Assembly (NCBI GenBank): GCA_037128175.1
Contig: JBAXWY010000035.1
Location: 1-29,203 of the forward strand
Reading direction: 5' to 3'
DNA length: 29,203 bases
Source: Methanothrix sp.
GTDB taxonomy: Archaea; Halobacteriota; Methanosarcinia; Methanotrichales; Methanotrichaceae
The translations under genes and the position numbers were made by a program. Below, piece after piece: positions 24,873-29,203 of the stretch. Under the pieces are notes generated by a model, which saw nothing but the letters and a program-made list of their open reading frames with translations, was not told where the DNA came from and did no database searches. How positions within the stretch are numbered: the stretch's first letter is position 1; each line of letters opens with the position of its first letter.

Positions 24873-27176
24873 ATGCCTTCCATCCTGAGTTATCCCGGCG
24901 TGTATATTGAAGAGCTGGAAAGCGGAGTTAGAACCATTGCAGGAGTAGCAACATCCATTACTGCATTTGTGGGATACGCTCCTCAAGGGCCCCTCAATGA
25001 GGCAGTCCGCATCTTCAATTTCGGTGAATATGAGCGCAACTTCGGGGGATTGCATAAAGACAGCGAGATAGGCTATGCAGTGCAGCAGTTCTTTATAAAT
25101 GGAGGAAGAGACGCCTATGTGGTGAGAGTTGCTCAAGGATCTGGAAAAGCCAAAGTAGTCCTTAAAAATATCCTTATTGGAGATAGCCAAGACGATGTAC
25201 TAAATGTAGAAGCACTAAATTCTGGCGCCTGGGGCAACAATATCCGCATGGATGTGGATTATGCCACTAGCAACCCTGATAGCACTTTTAATTTAACCGT
25301 GAGCCAATTCGAGAAGAGAAACGGCAAGCAAAGCATAATTCAAACTGAACTTTTCCGCAACCTCAGCATGAACAGCTATTCGTCTACATTTGCGCTATCG
25401 GTAGTGAATAGTTCTTCAAAGATGATTAGAATAGAGCGCTCCAATTTTATCTACCAGAATATGGGTTACAGCCTTAGCAAAAAATTAAGCAACCCCGATT
25501 TTTCACTAAACGAACAAACGAAAAATATCGAATTGATTTTAGATGGAAGCGAACGAATTACTCTGGAGCTAGGCTCCCCTTTGCCTACAAAAATAGATGA
25601 ATTAAAACAAGCTTTAAACGATGCGATACAAATTGCCGCACCAGGCAAACTTGAAGCTATCAGGACAGATGCTACAGGGAATCTCGAGATTAAAGGTGAT
25701 TTTGTAAAATTGAATTCACTAACTAAAGTCGAGAATTCTTCAGTAGAGGTTCTTACTGCAGCGGCAAATGATGCGGCGAAAGCTCTGGGCTTGGGCCTTG
25801 CCAACGGCGGTCGCGAATCAGAAGGTGCCAGTGCTTACCGTCCTGCCCCCACAGGTACAATTAGCGGAGACATAGCAGCTAAGCTAGGAACTACGACCAA
25901 AGGAAATTTGCAGATAGATGTCCTGACTAATCCCCCTTCTTCGACGCCTTTGACTGCAACGATTAATCTCAGTGATAATACTGCTGTCGGCCCTGATTTG
26001 GCCGCCTGCCTGCAGGATAAAATCCGCAAAGTTTTAGATCTGAACAATAAGAGTTATGCTGCGCTTGAGTATGCCACAGTAACGTTCAATGGATCGATAA
26101 TTCGTGTAGTACCCAGTGCTGATACGCCAAATGCCACTATTACCCTAGGCGGTGAGGTAGGAACATTTGCCGAGTTTTCTCCGCAAAAAGGATACACCAA
26201 CATCCAGCAATACAGTTTAGGCGTGGGCGCTGAATCATGCGCACAGACTAACGCATCTTCTGGAGCAGACGGCATGCCGCCTTCAGATGCTTCCATAATT
26301 ACAGGAAGCTATGAAGAAAAAACTGGAATTTACGCTTTACGTGATGTAGATTTATTCAATCTCCTAGTGATACCGCGAGCCTCAATGCTGAATTCTGCTC
26401 CTGCAAATGAGGTCATTACAAAAGCCATCGCATTTTGTGAGGAGCGCCGTGCTTTCTTCCTCATAGATCCACCTCAAGTTAGCAGTATGTCTGTCATAAA
26501 GACTTGGGTTGAGTCCATCGCTGCCAGCAAAAACTCAGCAGTCTATTTCCCGCGCATTATGGCCTCAGATCCCCTGGATCAGTCCAGGGTTAGGCCCATG
26601 CCTGCCTCCGGGGCCATAGCCGGCATCTTCGCTCGCACCGATGCCGAGAGAGGCATATGGAAAGCTCCTGCTGGAATTGATGCAGTCCTGAAAGGTGTGC
26701 AGGCACTATCTTACAAGATGACTGATCTGGAGAATGGCGTACTCAACGTTGAAGGGATCAACTGCCTGCGCACATTCCCGGTCTACGGCTCCATCGTTTG
26801 GGGAGCGAGGACCAGGATGGGGGCCGACGCCAGGACCAGCGAGTGGAAGTACATTCCCGTCCGCCGCCTGGCGCTCTACATCGAGGAAAGCCTCTACCGC
26901 GGTACTCAATGGGTGGTATTTGAGCCCAATGACGAACCTCTGTGGTCTCAGATCCGGCTCAACATAGGGGCATTTATGCACAACCTCTTCCGCCAGGGGG
27001 CCTTCCAGGGCAGGTCGGCAAGGGAGGCTTACTTTGTCAAATGCGATAAAGAGACTACCACCCAGACGGATATCGATGCAGGCATTGTAAACATCCTTGT
27101 GGGGTTCGCCCCGCTCAAGCCCGCCGAATTCGTGGTGATCAAAATCCAGCAGATGACCGGTCAGATGCAATCATAA
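24873..27176 (+). CDS. Contractile tail sheath protein (eCIS/Afp-like) with a large central insertion
   Basis: YPGVYIEE, TSITAFVG...GP, FF.NGG..AYVVRV, YFP.I...DP, GA.AG..ARTD..RG.WKAPAG, GINCLR.FP..G..VWGART, WKY.PVRR, W.VFEPND..LW, GFAPLKPAEFV. GGAGG RBS. Confidence 0.95.
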   Translation: MPSILSYPGVYIEELESGVRTIAGVATSITAFVGYAPQGPLNEAVRIFNFGEYERNFGGLHKDSEIGYAVQQFFINGGRDAYVVRVAQGSGKAKVVLKNILIGDSQDDVLNVEALNSGAWGNNIRMDVDYATSNPDSTFNLTVSQFEKRNGKQSIIQTELFRNLSMNSYSSTFALSVVNSSSKMIRIERSNFIYQNMGYSLSKKLSNPDFSLNEQTKNIELILDGSERITLELGSPLPTKIDELKQALNDAIQIAAPGKLEAIRTDATGNLEIKGDFVKLNSLTKVENSSVEVLTAAANDAAKALGLGLANGGRESEGASAYRPAPTGTISGDIAAKLGTTTKGNLQIDVLTNPPSSTPLTATINLSDNTAVGPDLAACLQDKIRKVLDLNNKSYAALEYATVTFNGSIIRVVPSADTPNATITLGGEVGTFAEFSPQKGYTNIQQYSLGVGAESCAQTNASSGADGMPPSDASIITGSYEEKTGIYALRDVDLFNLLVIPRASMLNSAPANEVITKAIAFCEERRAFFLIDPPQVSSMSVIKTWVESIAASKNSAVYFPRIMASDPLDQSRVRPMPASGAIAGIFARTDAERGIWKAPAGIDAVLKGVQALSYKMTDLENGVLNVEGINCLRTFPVYGSIVWGARTRMGADARTSEWKYIPVRRLALYIEESLYRGTQWVVFEPNDEPLWSQIRLNIGAFMHNLFRQGAFQGRSAREAYFVKCDKETTTQTDIDAGIVNILVGFAPLKPAEFVVIKIQQMTGQMQS

Positions 27177-27188
27177 GGGAGGTATTTA

Positions 27189-27716
<528 letters not shown>

Positions 27717-27719
27717 AGC

Positions 27720-28574
27720 ATGAATGAAGCGGTAGACGTAACCCTGCCTAGCGGCTGCTGGATAGAGGAGAAATGCCACAAAAGTGCCTCCTTACGTCCT
27801 TTTTGCGGAGACGATGAGGCCATCTTGCTTGAAGCAGGTGGTGTCCTCCTTCCGGCCCAGTGGACAACGGCTTTGCTGGCTCGATGCCTGATCCAGCTGG
27901 GCACGCTTAACAAATTCACTCTCGAAACGGTCCGATCGTTAAATGTGGGCGACCGGGAAGCTCTATTGCTTCACCTGCGTCGCATCACCTTGGGAGACAG
28001 TCTTTCCTGCCTGGTGGTCTGTCCGGCAAAAGGCTGCAGTGAGAAGATTGACCTGGACTTGAAGGTGAGTGATTTGATACTCCCTCCTTACTCTGATGTT
28101 CAACCATTGTATGATATATCATTAAGCGAAGGGGAAAAAACCTACAAGGTAAGTTTTAGGCTGCCAAGAGGAGGCGATCAGGAGGCAGTTGCCACATTGG
28201 CCAGGACATCTCAGCAGGCTGCGGAGGATCTATTGCTGAGCAGGTGCGTGCAGAGCATAACTGCAGAGGATGGTGATGCTGTTGCCATTTCGCCGGAAAT
28301 TGCCACGAGAATTTCGAGCGCTATGGCTGATCTTGACCCCCAGGCGGAGCTGAAGTTGAATCTGCGCTGTCCCGCATGTGGGGGTAGCTTCTCGGCACTC
28401 TTCGACACTGCCAGCTACCTATCTCAAGAGCTTGCCGGACATATGGAGAACATCTACAGGGAGGTTCATCTGCTTGCTTTCTATTATCATTGGAGCGAGG
28501 CTGAGATCATGAGCATGCCTTCCCAGAAGAGGCAACGATACCTGGAGCTTTTGGCTAATGCTCTAGGGGAGTAG
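27720..28574 (+). CDS. Tail/baseplate assembly chaperone-like protein (two C-x2-4-C units plus a C-terminal YHWS motif)
   Basis: L.VGDR..LLL.LRR.T.G....CP..C; FRLP.G.DQ; DPQAE..L...CPACG; EVH.LA..YHWSE.EI..MP...R.RYL. Confidence 0.75.
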   Translation: MNEAVDVTLPSGCWIEEKCHKSASLRPFCGDDEAILLEAGGVLLPAQWTTALLARCLIQLGTLNKFTLETVRSLNVGDREALLLHLRRITLGDSLSCLVVCPAKGCSEKIDLDLKVSDLILPPYSDVQPLYDISLSEGEKTYKVSFRLPRGGDQEAVATLARTSQQAAEDLLLSRCVQSITAEDGDAVAISPEIATRISSAMADLDPQAELKLNLRCPACGGSFSALFDTASYLSQELAGHMENIYREVHLLAFYYHWSEAEIMSMPSQKRQRYLELLANALGE

Positions 28575-28576
28575 TG

Positions 28577-29173
28577 ATGTCAGGAGACTTTATCGGCAAT
28601 CTGGTAAGACGCAGTGCAGGGATAATTCCTGCGGTTCATGTGCAGCCGGCGGCAAGAACGTATTTCACTCCCGGCTTTGATCTTTCCCCTTTGCCCAATC
28701 AAGTGCATGGTATCTCAACAGACCGTGAATCAACCTTGAATGAGCAGGAGATGGATAATCCTGTAAATCCGACAGCGGTTTCTTCTCAATTGGAGAACTT
28801 TGAAAGGACCGAAAAGGGTTCTGATACATCTAGCTCGGGCGAAAATACCTATCCTGGTCTGAGAGCCTCCAAATTGAAGATTGCTCGTGATGATTATGGC
28901 AAGCTCGATTTCAATTTAGCAAAAAACGATGTTGAGCTAACCAAGGAAATCATTCCAGAAAATGCAAAACCAGCGAATTCCCATAAATCTCTTCCTTCCT
29001 CCTTTCCAATGAATGGAGCAGTAATCCAAGCAGATACAAGTGCAACAGACAGCCATTCAATAGGCATTGAAGATATCATTCACAAATCAGAATATTTGGA
29101 AAAGATCGATATCTTTGACGATCCGGAAAAAACCATAGCATTAGATCTGCCTACATTCCGCACTTTTGGTTGA
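28577..29173 (+). CDS. Hypothetical protein of the tail locus (conserved-looking N-terminus, then low complexity)
   Basis: Translationally coupled to the previous gene (TAGTGATG); N-terminus DFIGNLVRRSAG...V.P, remainder Ser/Asp/Asn-rich. Confidence 0.6.
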   Translation: MSGDFIGNLVRRSAGIIPAVHVQPAARTYFTPGFDLSPLPNQVHGISTDRESTLNEQEMDNPVNPTAVSSQLENFERTEKGSDTSSSGENTYPGLRASKLKIARDDYGKLDFNLAKNDVELTKEIIPENAKPANSHKSLPSSFPMNGAVIQADTSATDSHSIGIEDIIHKSEYLEKIDIFDDPEKTIALDLPTFRTFG

Positions 29174-29203
29174 TAATTCCAGAATTTCCTTCTCGTAAAT
29201 ATC

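Overview
Archaeal chromosomal window, most likely from a methanogen of the Methanothrix/Methanosarcinales type. This is inferred from purP, PAN, an FrhB domain, a DUF5611-like gene and GGAG/GAGG-type RBSs. Bases ~1-23 kb carry metabolic and housekeeping genes: a solo HicB, an alpha-glucan phosphorylase whose N-terminus is cut off by an in-frame TGA, purP, a tandem PHI/SIS protein, secreted proteins, a QueG-like Fe-S protein, PAN, MscS, a MazF/PemK TA pair, thiM-thiE, a secreted carboxylesterase, an AsnB-like protein and glcD/glcF-like genes. Two systems stand out. (1) A three-gene NuoE/NuoF/NuoG(N-term)-FrhB operon (7782-11719). It has HydABC/Bfu-like architecture, an F420-binding domain in place of the catalytic domain, and a NuoF substitution suggesting NADP(H) use. 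It is a candidate F420H2:NAD(P)+/ferredoxin bifurcating oxidoreductase. (2) After a ~1.85 kb very AT-rich non-coding block, the start of a contractile phage-tail (eCIS-like) locus: sheath, tube, chaperone-like gene and a hypothetical gene, probably continuing past the window end. All calls are from motif recognition by eye; no searches were run.
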